This document shows positions 38,165-52,130 of a stretch of DNA of 64,000 nucleotides, piece after piece. Position 1 is the stretch's first letter; each line of letters begins with the position of its first letter. Made by a program: the position numbers and the translations under genes. The notes beneath the pieces are model-generated. The model had not been told where the DNA came from, did no database searches, and was given only the letters and a program-made list of their open reading frames with translations. The DNA is from Oopsacas minuta (taxonomy: Eukaryota > Animalia > Porifera), in NCBI GenBank assembly GCA_024704765.1, contig JAKMXF010000304.1:102847-166846 (forward strand), written 5' to 3'.

Positions 38165-41100
38165 TATCTCAAAGTCTCGCCAAAATTGTCGCAGTTTAAG
38201 TTCGCTTTACACCCTCGTTGATGTCCCAACTCTCCATATTTCTTACATTTGAGACAGTTACGAAACTTTTCATTTAGTACTGGCTATACTATTACGTATA
38301 TTTGGGAGAATATGTCTTTCATTTCTAAAAGAGTATCTGATTTTTGAGATAGATACTCACTAAACCTGCGTATTTGCTTATGTGCTTGTTCCAAACCTTC
38401 TTCAGAGAATATCTTAAGGCCATGATTATCTTCACTTCTATGAATTGATAAGGTGTGTGCTAGAAATTTATGCACTGTAGGTGTAATTGAAACCCAGGGG
38501 TAATGATCTAACAGAAAGAGGTATATTTCTTCACATACTGCCTTGAAGTTACTGACATTGATGTTCTGAGAGTAGATAGTTACACGAAGTAGAGCAAAAA
38601 TATTTCTATGCAAAATTTTCAGATTTTTCATCGTCTTCTTGAGGTATAAGGGGGAGCGCTGTTTCAAAAGGAAGATCATCAGAAAAGACAAACAAGCTGA
38701 ATTACTAGTGCTAGTGTCCCCACTTCCTCCAGGTTGTTCAAACTGAATATTCGTAACTTCTCTAATCCTTTGTGTAATTCGTTTATTGCTTGCCCTAATA
38801 TTTGTATGATCAGCCCAGCTATGCCTTCTCACTGCTATCCTGTATACATTTTCAGGAACCAATCAAGCATATGTAAATGTAACTGTAAGGGGGCAATAGG
38901 AAGGACTTCAATTGAACTTGCAGCTTCATGGGTGATTCCAGCTCGTTGTCGTGAAGGATAAGCTGTAAGCTCCTTTCCATCAGAAGTTCTCTACGATAGT
39001 ATCTTTGATCGCTTGCAACGTGCAATTAAGTGGAAAGCCTGCTATTACAACTTCAGGGTCTGATACATCAGTTTGACTTGCGAAGCAACACTGAACAAGC
39101 AGCGCCAGCGCAACCAGTATATATGGCACACATTTACCATCTTACATTGACGCCTTAATTTCTGTATTCCATGTCCACTTTGATTCTCGAAGCCAGTTGA
39201 CACGAGTTCGTCAATTTGTAGATCAAGAAATTCAGTAGAGTAGTGACACATTCAATGTTCTCTTTTTGAGATAAATACGATTGGCTGGTTGGAGAATCCT
39301 GAATTTGGGTGTTCATTAGACCAGATAACATTACCCTGACAATCTTTCAATTCAAGAGGAGAAACCATGAACAAGAGAAAATGTGGACGATCACAAGCTG
39401 TTTGAGATCTAATATTAAATACACTGTGACTTCCCGACCCATCTACACTACGTTTGACCATAAAATTGAGCTGGTGCAGCAGAGATTCTTCAATAGATTG
39501 TAGAGTGTGTATGATACATATCAGGAGGTTTACAGTGTGGCTAATGTTGTTAACTGTTACTCAAATTGGATTTGATACTGATGGGTAAATTGGAATGAAG
39601 GAAGTAGAGTTGTACGAAATCACGTATTTTTGAATAACTGGCTAACTTTAAACCTTCAGAAATTAGAAAATACCTTAGATCCGTCCATTTCAATTTCCCA
39701 GTTTGAGGTTATATGCAAGGAATGCTTACTTTTAGGGAGAGACCAATTTGTCGGAGTGAAGGTTATCAATATTATTGCTTTCAGAAATTCTTTTTGCAAT
39801 TAGAGCAACGTTATGGCATCCTGGTGTAGCAACTGCAAAAAGATCTAATTTCAGGCCAAAACTAAATAATGCTGATACCGTCCGAACAAGCTAATTGAGA
39901 TAACGCGTCCATATCAGGGTGTTCAATAATTCTTGCGGGTCATGTTATATCTCAGGAACTACTCAAGTATATGTCCAACTTTCATAAATTATAAGTCCAT
40001 ATAGTTAAGTTCCATATACTGGAAGTTTCAAAGTTATTCAATCAAATTGTGATTTTCTGAGATAATTAGGCGTAGTCAATTCATATCTAATGTTCAATTT
40101 ATGGCTTCATAGGATAATTTCAACCTCAAATGGCGAGCATACATAGAGATTCGTACAATACTCAAGATCCAGCCCATACAGATCTTCAGCGAGTTACAGG
40201 AGATATTGTGCGTGCATTGCCCTTCCAGATCTACTGTAGAGCGATGGGCTGTCCGTTTTAGGTCTGGTGATGCGAGGTCACAGATTTTCCTCGATCTGGA
40301 AACCGATATCCGCCACCACTTCAGAGAATATCGTACTCATTGAAAGTACGATCATAGAACATAAGCGCATTACTGTCAAATCAGTTAGAACAAGTATGGA
40401 GATTTCATCGGGAGCTATTCATACAATTCTGGAGACTGAGTTTGGCTACCGATCGATTTGTGGTAAATGGGGCCCGCATAAAGTCAGTGAGAATCAAAGT
40501 TGGCACGACTGAATATTGCCAAGAAACTCTTGGAAACTTATGAGAACCGGACAGAGATTATTTCTGGTAACGTAATGTGGGTGTACTATTCAACACCATA
40601 TAGCAAGTATAAGAGGCGATCATAGGTGAGGGGCAACGAACTACCGGCGAAAATTCCTAGGCTCGACTTCAGAAACCTAATATTATGTATACCATCTTCT
40701 TCAGTGGTTATGGAATAGTCTTACAATTACCTTGTGGGAGTGACAAAGCTGTTACTGCTACTTTCTTTACAGAGTAAGTGCTTCCAAACTTGATGAAAAT
40801 TTAGAAAAGTACCGCCCGAAAACTGGAACTAGATGGATGAAGATTTTAATTGATAACGCCAGCTCCCATACAGTTAAGCTAATCAAAAAGTTTTGGATGT
40901 AGAAGGGTTAGAATTACTTCCCCATCCACCATACTCTCCAGACCTAGCTTCTGATTTTTGGCTATTCCCCAATCTTAAAATCTACCTTCAAGGCAAAGAT
41001 TTTAACACATTAGACTCACTCGGGACGGTCCTACACCAGTACTTCAAATCCATCCCCGAAGAAGAGTACAGAAATGTGTTTACAAGTGGGTGGAAAGGTT

Positions 41101-41449
41101 AAAACTTTGTGTATCTGCTGGAGGGGATTACATTGAATAAATAATGTGGTGAATTAGTGTATATTGTGTTTGCACCCTGTTCTATGATATTACCCGAAAG
41201 ACTTATTGAACGCCCTAGTAATACCAGTACTCTCGAGGCATACACGTTTAGAAACTGATTTTTCAAATCTTCTAGGGATTTTCGTTTAGGGATATTCCGA
41301 TTAACCACCGACAGAGCAGCTGGGGATGGAGTTTCTGTACTTGTTATATAGTCCTCAAGCTTAAGAACTATTTGTTCAAGATTATTTTCGGACTGATCGT
41401 GGTACATTTGTTCTCTGAGCCGTGTACTCCTCAAATGGTGGTTCTTCAC
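38165..41449 (-). pseudogene. RAG1-like/Transib transposase D, degenerate
   Basis: RKSLEDL, VDGSGSH, WSNEHPNS, YPWVSITPTVHKFLAH, FSEEGLEQAHK and CKKYGELGHQRGC. Removing the mariner gives KRVCLESTGIMDALSQLA (B: KIRLDQTGILTSIRQLA). Confidence 0.88.
39914..41218 (+). mobile_element. mariner element with degenerate transposase
   Basis: Imperfect TIRs (AGGG[T/C]GTTCAATAA), TA TSD, 1305 bp; LPHPPYSPDL motif at ~40915. Confidence 0.88.
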
Positions 41450-42038
41450 ATCTTTGGAGAAAGTTAGTAATTGTGAGTCGATTCCAAGTGTTCTCCAATT
41501 ATTCTACTTCCCAAATTGACGCGTACTTTAACATTTCGATGGCCTGTTTGGTTCCAGAAAAATTTCATTTATTTCATAAAGTGTGGTGACATTTTACAGC
41601 TTTCTATTTCAATAATTGTAGGAAATATTTTGATATGCACTAATTTAGCTCCAAATATTTATTTATTTTTATAGTTGACATAATATCACATTCCTATGCA
41701 ACATATCCGAATCAAAATATTCTGCTTCATATAAGGTTTGGTTACAATTCCACGTAACTAGTGCGTTTCCAAGTTACTAATGTGTATTATTGAAACAAGA
41801 TACTATTAAGGATATCTTATATACTAATTTATTATAAGAAACGAAATAAATTTAAATATTTTTAGAAATTAAATGTGACATCATAATTTTCAAATGGCTA
41901 ACTAATTTGCAAAATCTGACATGACAAAAGAGAGTTGTCTTTATTTAGAACTCCAGTAGCCAAAAATTCAGGGGAAAATACTAAAAATTGTTAAAGTTAT
42001 ATCTTACTGGAAATATTTACCCAAAATACCCCACTGTG

Positions 42039-43530
42039 AAGCAACCTGCACAACTGACAACACAACTGCTGGAAATTCGGGATGTACCGTTTCTGGAAAC
42101 AGACTTGACCATCTTCTGCAACACGGAGGCTGTGCCTGCACATGAAGCATGTGCTATTCTCTACCATGAGGGAATAGTACAGGTAGCAACCAAGCAGACA
42201 GTAATGGAGCTCATTGAAGATGTTAGCATTCGTCTACTTGATGAGGTTGATTTTCAGGATGCCCTACGATGCATGTGCTTCCTGGCCAAAAAGGAATACC
42301 ACACACAACAAACTTGCAGATCTAAAGGAGCTGTGCATTCAGCTTGGTAATAAAACATCCCCAGATCTTGTCAAGGGAAGAATGCAAATTATCAATCTAA
42401 ATAAATCATGGCTGAATTGGTTCAGGCAATTGGTGTTACCCTGGAGGAAAGAGTATTGTAAGATTTCAAGAAAGCCGGATTTTATTCACTAATCATGGAT
42501 GGGGCAACTTATATCTCAGTGACCAAAACATCTTGGATTGTGTGCTCAATACTTTGATTCGGATGCTGAAGTACAAACAAGAAATCTGACATTGCTTGAA
42601 GTGTCTCTGGTCACTGCTGATATTATAACAGATTCAATTGTAATTACCCGACCTACAAAGGACCTATAGTACTAAACCTCTCTCAGCATGCAGGTGGTGC
42701 TTGCGATGGAGCCTCCGTCATGGCTGGCGCCCACCCTGGCGTAATGGCTCGTCTTAGAAAACAGGTACCCTATTTAATTGCTGCCCACTGTACAGCCCAC
42801 CGACTTTCCCTTGCAACCTGCAATGCAGCTGGGAAGTCAGGTCTGGTGAAAAGATTCCAACATACACTGAATCAAGTGTATGTTTATTTCTCCTGAAGCA
42901 CCGTCAGAACGACAGCACTAGGGGAAACCTAACCGGCTTTAAAAGAGCCTGCTCTAGAAGATGTGAAAAAGGATCCGCTACATAATGGACACATGATGAA
43001 CCCTGAAATATCACTACAAGCTATTGATATTTCTCATCCACTTATACCTGAGGACTTTGTAGGAGCGGCTCAAACCTATATTTATGCTTTGATCTCTAAC
43101 ATCAAAGGCAAGTTCCGACAAGCCAAGAAACTTAGTTTATTTGGCTATCTTGGCCCAAGGAATGTGAAAAAGGCTACTGTGCCAGCTATTACTGAATTTG
43201 GAGAACTTATGAGCATTGACGATTTGAATTTGTGGCAAGAATTCTTAATTTACAGATGTTTCGCTCAGCGATATCCAGATATTTCAGCGATAGTGGTACA
43301 AAATTTGTGGATTGCGAACAAATACCAATGCCTTGTGTATTTCCTCTGATCTCTCACTTGCTGGTTCGACTTGTAGTACTGCCAGCATCCAGCGCGCATC
43401 TGGAACGAATGTTTACAACAATGAAAGGATTAAAACTGCTCAACGGAACCGATTGAATACAACTATACTTTATAATCTTATTCACATCTCAACTGAAGGC
43501 CCACCAGTAAAAGAGTGGGATCCTGATCTT
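42039..43530 (+). pseudogene. hAT transposase remnant (ZNF862/KIAA1586-like)
   Basis: FYSLIMDGAT, CDGASVMAG, HCTAHRLSL and LPASSAHLERMF..RNRL motifs with many frameshifts. A putative 5' part lies at 37914-38023, on the other side of element D. Confidence 0.8.
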
Positions 43531-44029
43531 GCAATGAGAGGTGGGAGTCTTAGGGGAAGAGGTGCTGTCAATATCGATTTTATCTAGAAGCATGCAATAA
43601 GAAAATTGAATAACCAGTTACTTATTGTGTTTTATAATCTTTAGAATCATTAGAGTGTACTGTAAACACAGTATTTTTTTGTCAATAACTTAATGAAATC
43701 TTCAAATATTAATATTGACTCAAAGGGTGCATGCCCACTTACAACATATTTTTGAAGGGTACAATAGCTTTCAGGACGGCTATGTATCTTTTGATAGAGT
43801 CCTAGCTAGAAACTTGTTTGTTACACAATGAATTATTACTATCATGATAGTTTCTCACATATTGTTTTTGGTTTCATTTGTCTGGATGGTATTTATGGCT
43901 TCAATTATGCAAATTTTAATTTTTGTAGTATATGGTTAAAAATACAGTTGGATTTCTGAAATTCCACAATTCCAAATGTGTTGACTAGAGATGGTGAATT
44001 ATACCCGGAAATGAAATCAATGAACCTGA

Positions 44030-44180
44030 AATAATACCTATGGACCAGCAAACTGTCTTTCGATTTCTCACTTAATCGTGCTCTCGATTTTGTGATAAAT
44101 AGTCCTGCAGTAGAGAAGGCTCGATACGCTTCAACACTGGTAGTGGTAATTGTCCTCAATATCTGATCAACTAGATTCAA
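44030..44180 (-). pseudogene. hAT dimerisation-domain fragment
   Basis: TSVEAYRAFSTAGLFITKSRARLSEKSKDSLL..RYYF. Confidence 0.75.
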
Positions 44181-47100
44181 TTATTTCGACTTATTTCCAG
44201 TAGCTTCAAATATAGCCATTTCTTTATTTAATGAAGGAAACCCAGCATTCTGTTTGTGATTTTGACGTTGTTAGACTTATTTATATCACCTTATTATTAA
44301 ATAATATACAATTTGGTCAACAATTTTTAGATTTTTTTGAAATTCATATTGAACAACTTAGATATAAGTAATACATGCATCCCTAGTACAAAATCTTAGA
44401 GGAGTTGTGAGGTCTTATGTATAGTCTCTATGTTGTAGTATAGATAATTTCCGAATTGTCTCCATAAGAGATTATATTGTTAATCCAAATTGGATGAAAC
44501 TCTACGTTTCATCTTATTTGGATTTAAACATCCGATGAGTAGCTGAACAATCCATTCTATCAGAGAATGTTACTTTGAGCGGATGGTATGAATCAAGAAT
44601 TGCGTCTAAAGTAGAATGTAATCGTTGAACGGCGATGCTAAGTATTAAATGGTATTGTGCACCTATCCCAACTGAAAAACCTCCAAGATCTCTGACTCTC
44701 TCAACCTCATCTTCTTAACGGTATTTCCAAGAATCGAAGATTAATTTATATGAACCATTTCAAATTTGTCTCCAATTTCTAAGGACTCCTATAATTATGC
44801 AGCTTAAGGATGGTACTTTGTTTAAAACGCTAGTGTGAACACCTTTGCCTGTAATCACGGTGACTGATTCATTGAAACTAGCTCTAATGCAATCATATCT
44901 AGTTGTTTTGTTCGAATATTCTCGCGATACGCTAATAAGTGAATATGTTGAGATAGAACACTAATTCTGGTTCTGGGCTTTTTCATCTGAAAATCAATGA
45001 TATATTTATGGATTCAGTCACTCTCTCTTCTAAGAACCTTCTCTTGCAGAGATCTTTACTAATGGTAATGTGTCTATTCCAAGACCAGGTGAAATTCAAA
45101 TTTATTGGATGAGCAGACTCTCCCAGCTCTCAAACTCCTTATTCTTCCGTAAACTCATTGAAAGACAAAAGTGGCTTGAAATTGTTGAAGAATATTTATT
45201 AGATTCCCCCTCAAATAGATTAGTAGTTTTCTAAAGTGCCGACCTACTGCATTCCACATACTTCCTCCATTAGTTGAATATTTATAATGCGTGTAACTCT
45301 ATGTATTATCAGAAAGGTATGCATATTTCCCTCAAACTCTGTCTACCGAATGAAAAGCAAAAAACTATAGTTGAATAAACTGAAATGCATGATAGAAGCA
45401 TCAAAATATGTAGATTTAATTACTTAGATAAATTAACTGAAAAATTCATTTTTAGAATGTATAATCGATTAGTTGATAAAATGACATCAATATATATCTA
45501 TGCGCCTCGGTGCTGGTATTGAATTTTAATGAATACTTTACCAAGTTTTTTGTGTTCCCATAAAGCGCGTCAAATTACGCGCTTTCCCCGCTGAATGAAT
45601 CTCTTAGAATATCTAGCTGTGTACAAATGAAGATTCTATGCATAGGGTTTAGAACGTGTATAAGCTACATATATCTCCTCAATCCTAAAAATGAGCGTTT
45701 TCCAAAAATACTGTGGGAAACTCTGCCAAGTATATACAAGATAATTATACAGCAAATCCCCGATATAACCATTTAGGATACCGGAACTCCCGTTATATCG
45801 AGTTCCCTGAGACCTCGATATCTCTACAGTGATTGAATCTTTACTCATTCCTAATCGCCTCCTTCTGATTGATTTGCCTTGACTTTCAGAGTCTTTATGC
45901 ACAAGGGAAAATCGAAGTAGGTCCACCAATCCTTGGTAAGTTTATTGTATATCCTGACTCCCTACATCATTTTTGTCATAGCAATACTCAGGAATATGGC
46001 AACATTCCATTTTCAAAAATTTTCCCTTTTTCATCAATTAACTTTCAACTCCAACTGGCTTCTATGGTCCTAATAAATGCTTAACATGACACAATATTGT
46101 GGTTAGATATGTATTTGGTCAAAGGCGATACTCAGAGCATTAACAAATCCTTTTAGTCTCCACCTGAATATTTTTTTTTATTTCTTTGTTAGGCTCTTTT
46201 AAAGTACCTCAACATAGGATTAGAAATACAAAAAACCTGTGTTATATCTTTTCGGATATTTGTATTTCTCCATATTCCCATTCATTTCAACTTGAGAACA
46301 TTTTCTTGATATGGAATCTGAGATTACTTGGATTATACCTGTGAAAAGATGAGAATCATTTCGAATAATCGATGCATTCTCAGTTTTTGGGCAATGCGGA
46401 TTCAGGCATTGAAATTCGTTCTTGAAATATTATCCTAAGATCTCCGATATATTTATAGAGCCATTCTGTATCTTAAAATTCACTTTTTCTCTGCTAACTT
46501 GAATTAGATTGGAGTTAATCTATTTTGAGAGGTTTATACTCATTTTTGTCAATGGTTTCTAAATCTTTTATTGTGCATAGACGTTATTACGTAACCAACT
46601 AGTAACCTTTCACAGTGGTTCAAATCGCCAAATCAGAGGTAAAAGCTACTTATGATAGAAACAGACCAATTAAATATTGTCAACATTTAGTAAACCATCC
46701 CCAGAATTACATTTGCTAAAGTCATATATTTCATATGGCGTCCGCTTATTAATTATTACTTCGTAACCATTATCCAAAATCCGCTTAGCCAAGTATGGTA
46801 TCGATAGACCCTTTAAGTATATATTTATCCTTACAGTAAATTGCTGCAAAAGGTTCCTTCGATATAGCCCATTTATTCATACGGTGTACGCCTTCTCGTT
46901 AATTCATTTTGATGTCATTAATTCTTTATTTTTGTAATTGCCAGTACATCCAATATATTTCAGATTATCTTATGCATAATTTATACATATGAAAATCAGT
47001 TAGAATAAATTATTTAGGTCAGTCGGGCAATATATTCACATCTATTTCATTATAATGGAGCAGTTGAATATATGTTGTAACGCAAAAGTGACATATTTAC

Positions 47101-47680
47101 TAATTTTCAATATTACGAGATACGTATAGTACAACGAACACATGCGCCATTACATAGAGGGTATCGTGTCTCTATAATGAGGCTAGAAAATAATTTGTCT
47201 TGCCGAGACAATGGGTTGATTGTGTTTTTCAGAATTCTCTCTTTATTCTGACACCTATATCGAATAGGAGGGTAGCAATAGTTAAACATGATCGCTGTGT
47301 TTTGCTATAGTGAAACCAAGTGATAAATAGTATTCATCGATGAACTTTACACAAAAACCTAATTTTGTAGCTCGCATCAAAACGCATCGATAAGTTCCCA
47401 CTGTACCAATGTTCAAACCGCCACATAATTATGCTCTATGAACTGAGCAACGTACTCAACACTATTACGTAATTCTGCTGAACTTTTGGCTTCTTGAGAA
47501 AGAGTGTCCATCAAAGCGTTGAAATTCAATCGATTGAATCACCAAAACTGTTTATCTAATTGTTGGTTTAGCTAGTAAAATTTGATTATTCCATAGTAAA
47601 AGATATATTGAGGTATGCGCTGTTTCGTTAAACTTAAAATTGAAAATATCGGCAACATTTGCAATACAAAACCACAAATA

Positions 47681-48980
47681 CGAAGGGCATTCGAAAGGTT
47701 TTGACGTTGACCGACATATCAGATAGTAATAATAAAATTGACCATTACATTTTTTCAAAATACTCTCCCTGACTATCTATACATTTTTCATTCTGGTAAA
47801 CCAATTATCAAAACATTCTTTCCATTCTTCTTTGGGTATGTCTCCGATCGCTTGGAAAAGTGCCCCTCTCAACTCCTCATTAGTCGAAAATCTCCTCCCA
47901 CGTAATTGTTCTTTGAGTCTAGGGAACAACCAGAAGTCGCAAGGGGCTAAATCAGGACTGTAGGGCGGGTGAGGTAATGTTTTGAGTCCAGAATTTTCCA
48001 AAAACTCACGAGTTCTGGCTGCCGTATGCGATGATGCATTATCATGATGAAGAAGAATCCTTCTAATGCCTGTCTTCTCCCGCTGTGACTCAATTGCTGT
48101 GATGACTTTGGGTAGGCACACTGTAGTGTACCAGTCGGCAGTAACAGTCTTTCTATCCTCGTAAGCAACAGTTTCGACAATCCACTAGATCTGAAAAAAT
48201 CGCCCACATTTGTTTCCCAACAGATCTAGCCCTCCGCACTTTGGTTGGAGGTGGAGCATCTTCTTCAACCCACTCCTTTGACATTCGCTTTGTTTCTGGA
48301 TCATAGTGGTATATCCATGTCTCATCACCTGTAAGGATCTCAGAAACAGCTCTTGAACTTCCATTAGCAAACCTATTGAGCATAATTTTGCAAAAGTCTA
48401 TGCGGGATATTTTTGCTGTAAGTTCAAAGAATGAGGATCCATCGGGTACACAACTTCCTGACACAAAGCTCTTTGTACAAAATGATATTAATTGTCCCCG
48501 ATGATACTCGGTTTCATACTCTAACTGTGCGTACGTGATATGAGGATCTTTAGTAATTAGATCTAGCATTTCGTTAACATTTTCTTTATTATGTGAAAAT
48601 ATTCGGTCTTCCTGAACGAGGGATATCTTCAAGAGCAAAGTTTCCGTGAATAAATCTCTTGTACCACCGTTCAACTGTACTTAGCGAAGGAGCTAGATCC
48701 TGGAAATATTCCTGTAAAGATTCATAGATTTCTACTCTTGTCTTCTGTAGTTTGAATAAGATCAAATCATTGCTCGAAAATCACGTTTTGTGATATCTGA
48801 TTAGATTGAGATATTTTAGAAGCCAGGTATACTAAAATTATCTAATTTATGAAAGTAGAAGAGATAAATGAATGAAAGTTTCAAAGTAGAGTAATAAAAT
48901 ATGTCTGAAAAGATGGATTGGGAAAATATCCGCCAGATTAATGGTTTCATATCGAACGGCAAACTTTTCGAGTACCCTCG
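47681..48980 (-). mobile_element. mariner (DD34D) element, full length, frameshifted transposase
   Basis: TA-flanked imperfect TIRs; LTGDETWIYHYDPETK; 34 residues between the D of HHDNASSH and the D of PDLAPCDF. Confidence 0.92.
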
Positions 48981-49989
48981 TATAGATATTTAAGTATACA
49001 GATTCAGAAAATATAGCTTATTTATGAATTTCAGTTAGAAAATTTTGACCAATTATGCTAGTTCAGCCACCGCGCCTTTTCTTTGACCTTGAATTCTTTC
49101 TCTTGGACATATGAAATTATCATCAAAACATGCTGAAAGTTGAATATTCTTTCGTTACAATTTCTAATATTTCTTTCAGCCTAAAATATGATCTATTTTT
49201 ATCTTCACCACTAAATACACTTAAAATGGCGTATGATTATAAATGAGCGCATTTCCCTTGCTAGGTCGCTGCATGACAGCTTAATGCCTCATGTTAGCTT
49301 TAATATTTAGCAGTTACATTTCTTGATGCCTTCGTCACTACGTGAATCCAGATACTCTGCACAACTTGCCCCAATGTTAATATTTCATGGAAAAATATTT
49401 ATTATAATTATCTATTAGGGCTAACTGTCAAATGTAGTGATCTCATTTCTGTACTGGAACTAGAATATTATTGTTTGGATTATGTTAGTTAATAATTCTG
49501 CAAATTTTGAGCTCATTTGAAATACCCCTTCCTTAGCAGTTTATTCATTTTGTACCTGTCTTAATAGTGCTTACTTATACTCATAAGGGAATTGACTCAA
49601 ATATGATACAGGAATCCTAATTATATTTATGAAACTTAATATACACTTTGTAATGAACTATAATTATTTTGATTACATTGCAAAATTTACTACTTGTCAG
49701 ATTGATATTGCTTTATACTTATTATAGCTTTATTATTGCCATAATTTAGTTCTATATCTTCATAATTTATATGGCATATGCACCAAAAGGATACGGTCAA
49801 TACAGACGCATCCAATTTTTGGATCTCCAGCGGAATTGCCTGTTAATCAGTTCCAACAGGAAGAGATATATGTAAATTTATTTTTAAGTGTAAACAAGAT
49901 CAAGAAGATTAGGGATAATTCCCAACGGGAGATTTGCTTCTATTCCTTATATCATAGAGAAAGTTAATGGGGTCGCAGATCAGTTAGGT

Positions 49990-52130
49990 GGATGGGATTG
50001 GAAGGACGAGGAAAATATATGGCATTTGGAAACGTGCATCTCTACCCACCATATCTCTGATGGGCGTCGTTAAAGTTATGAAGGCTCTCTACTCTAAAGC
50101 AACTAACATTATGCGTTGTATTCCTGAAGAACCAAGAAAAACTCATAAGAATTATGAAGAATTTGTATCTGCCAGTTTAGATTTCCTTTTGATATTTGCT
50201 CATGCAAATGTAAACGTATCTATTGCGATGATGTTAAATGTTAAGACTTACTTTGTGTCGAGATTCATCTCCTTTGTGGTTGTGCTCACAAAGTGCCAAA
50301 CGAGAGTTATCATTTCTCTTTGACCAGAGAACCGACAGGAAGATGTACATAGACGGTATTGATATCCACACCTCAACGGTATTGTCGAAAATAGAGCAAA
50401 GAAAAATTTCCCTCAAAGAAAGAATTGAATTGAAAATAAAAAAGAGAAAGTTGAAGCTGAATCGTAAAACTATTTCCAGATTGGGATATAGAAGAAACGG
50501 AGATTCAGAACGATGTTGATACGAATTCTAAACCTTTGTCAAAATCATTATCACTTCGAAATACACAGACGATCCCTAATATAGCTATGGCTGCCGATCG
50601 ATATGGAGTTTCTAATCGAGCTACAGCTGCGATTGTTACAGCCACTCTGATAGATTTCGGACTTATAACACCAGAAGATCAAAATATTGTGACAGACAAG
50701 AATAAGGTGGCAAGAGCACGTCAAAAGTATAGAAATCAAATACAACACAAAGAAATGGTAGAAGTAATTGATGTTACAGGTATCTATTTTGATGGAAGGC
50801 ACGATAAAACACTTTCAAATATAACCATCAATGGTAAATGTCGCACTCAAACTTCAGTTGAGGAACATATTGTTGTGATTGATCAAAATAGTAGATATCT
50901 TTTCCATACAACTCCTGAATCTGGTCACGGAATCAATATCGCTTCATCAATATATACCTATCTCCAAAAAAATAGATTAGAAAGAGAAATTCTATTAGTA
51001 GGTTGTGATGGTACGAATGTGAATGTAGGTTGGAAGAATGGGTCTATTGTTAACTTGGAAAGAATGCTTGGTAGAGAATTACAATGGGCGGTTTGTCTGC
51101 TCCATACTAATGAACTGCCCCTGAGACACTTGTTTGAATATTTTGACGGGAAAACTAGCGTGCCGAATTCATTTAGTGGCCCAATCAACAAATCACTGAA
51201 AAAAACTCTCTAAGATTCCGGTAGTAAAGTTTGAGCGAATAATTTATAATGAGTTCCCTGAGGTGACAAAATAACTGATAGGCGATCTTAGCACTGATCA
51301 TGGTTATCTCTATAGGATTTGCCAAGCATGTTTGCGAGGTAATTGTCCAGAGGATCTAGAGCTACTCGAATTAGGTGCAATTTGTCATTCTAGATGGCTT
51401 ACTTTGGCATGTAGAATTGTCTGCATGTATATGTCAACAATAAAACCATTTTACGAGATGAAACAACTTACGATTATTGTGAATAAATTATATGTACCAT
51501 CCTGGTTTTATATTGAAAGTCATTATAAATTTACAGACGGACCAAATAATTTTTTGTGGATGCTTAAGCACCTTACATGCTTGAGTCCCACTGAACTAGA
51601 GGTAGCGAAGGGAGTATTTCAAAGGAATGCTTTATTTTCGCATCCAGAAGATGTTTGGCTATCTATGTTACGCATTGATGAACCTAGGATACGAATTGAA
51701 GCTGTGAAACGTTTATTGGATTTGCGAGATAATCAACTTATTTTAGAAGTGGGAGTTAAGGATGATTTGTCAAGGGTTGATATTTGTAGAAAACTTATTA
51801 GCACTAATGATACAGTAATGCCATAATCTATATACCTTTCGGAGTCCTAAATTATACTTCAAAGCACAACTGTATACCGAATTGTTTACCTGGGATATCA
51901 ATGTCATCAGCGAGCCACCTTTATACGGATTATGACAAAAAACAAATTAAAAGACATTTACGATACCCCTCTTTCTATACCTAATAATATGTGTCACAAC
52001 CAACCGGTTGAACGAGTAGTAAAAGTTATGACCGAGGCATCTAAAAGTGTTTGTGGTGAAGAAAATCGTGATGGATTCATCCGTCAGGGTCTAAAATCAA
52101 GAAGACTTTGACCTATACTGATTCGAAACA
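49990..52130 (+). pseudogene. Divergent hAT-like transposase, degenerate
   Basis: YFDGRHDKT, GCDGTNVNVG, LQWAVCLLHTNELPLRHL, CHSRWLT and CHNQPVERVVK..RDGFIR motifs. Subfamily uncertain. Confidence 0.75.

Larger units (their letters stand above)
38024..42038 (-). mobile_element. Transib/RAG1-like element D (B-like family), interrupted by a mariner
   Basis: 3' end CACAGTG-N19-GGAAATTTT at 38024; 5' end (rc) CACAGTG-N10-GGTAAATAT ending at 42038. No clean TSD (AACAG vs AAGCA). Confidence 0.75.

Noticed and set aside
38019-42043. 5-bp TSD for element D
   Set aside because: Flanks AACAG and AAGCA do not match, so the end pairing rests only on TIR similarity and gene continuity.
45890-45935. Candidate 46-nt exon (CAG|SLYAQGKIEVGPPIL|GTAAG) of the host gene
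   Set aside because: It would shift phase between two phase-0 exons; no compensating exon or homology was found.
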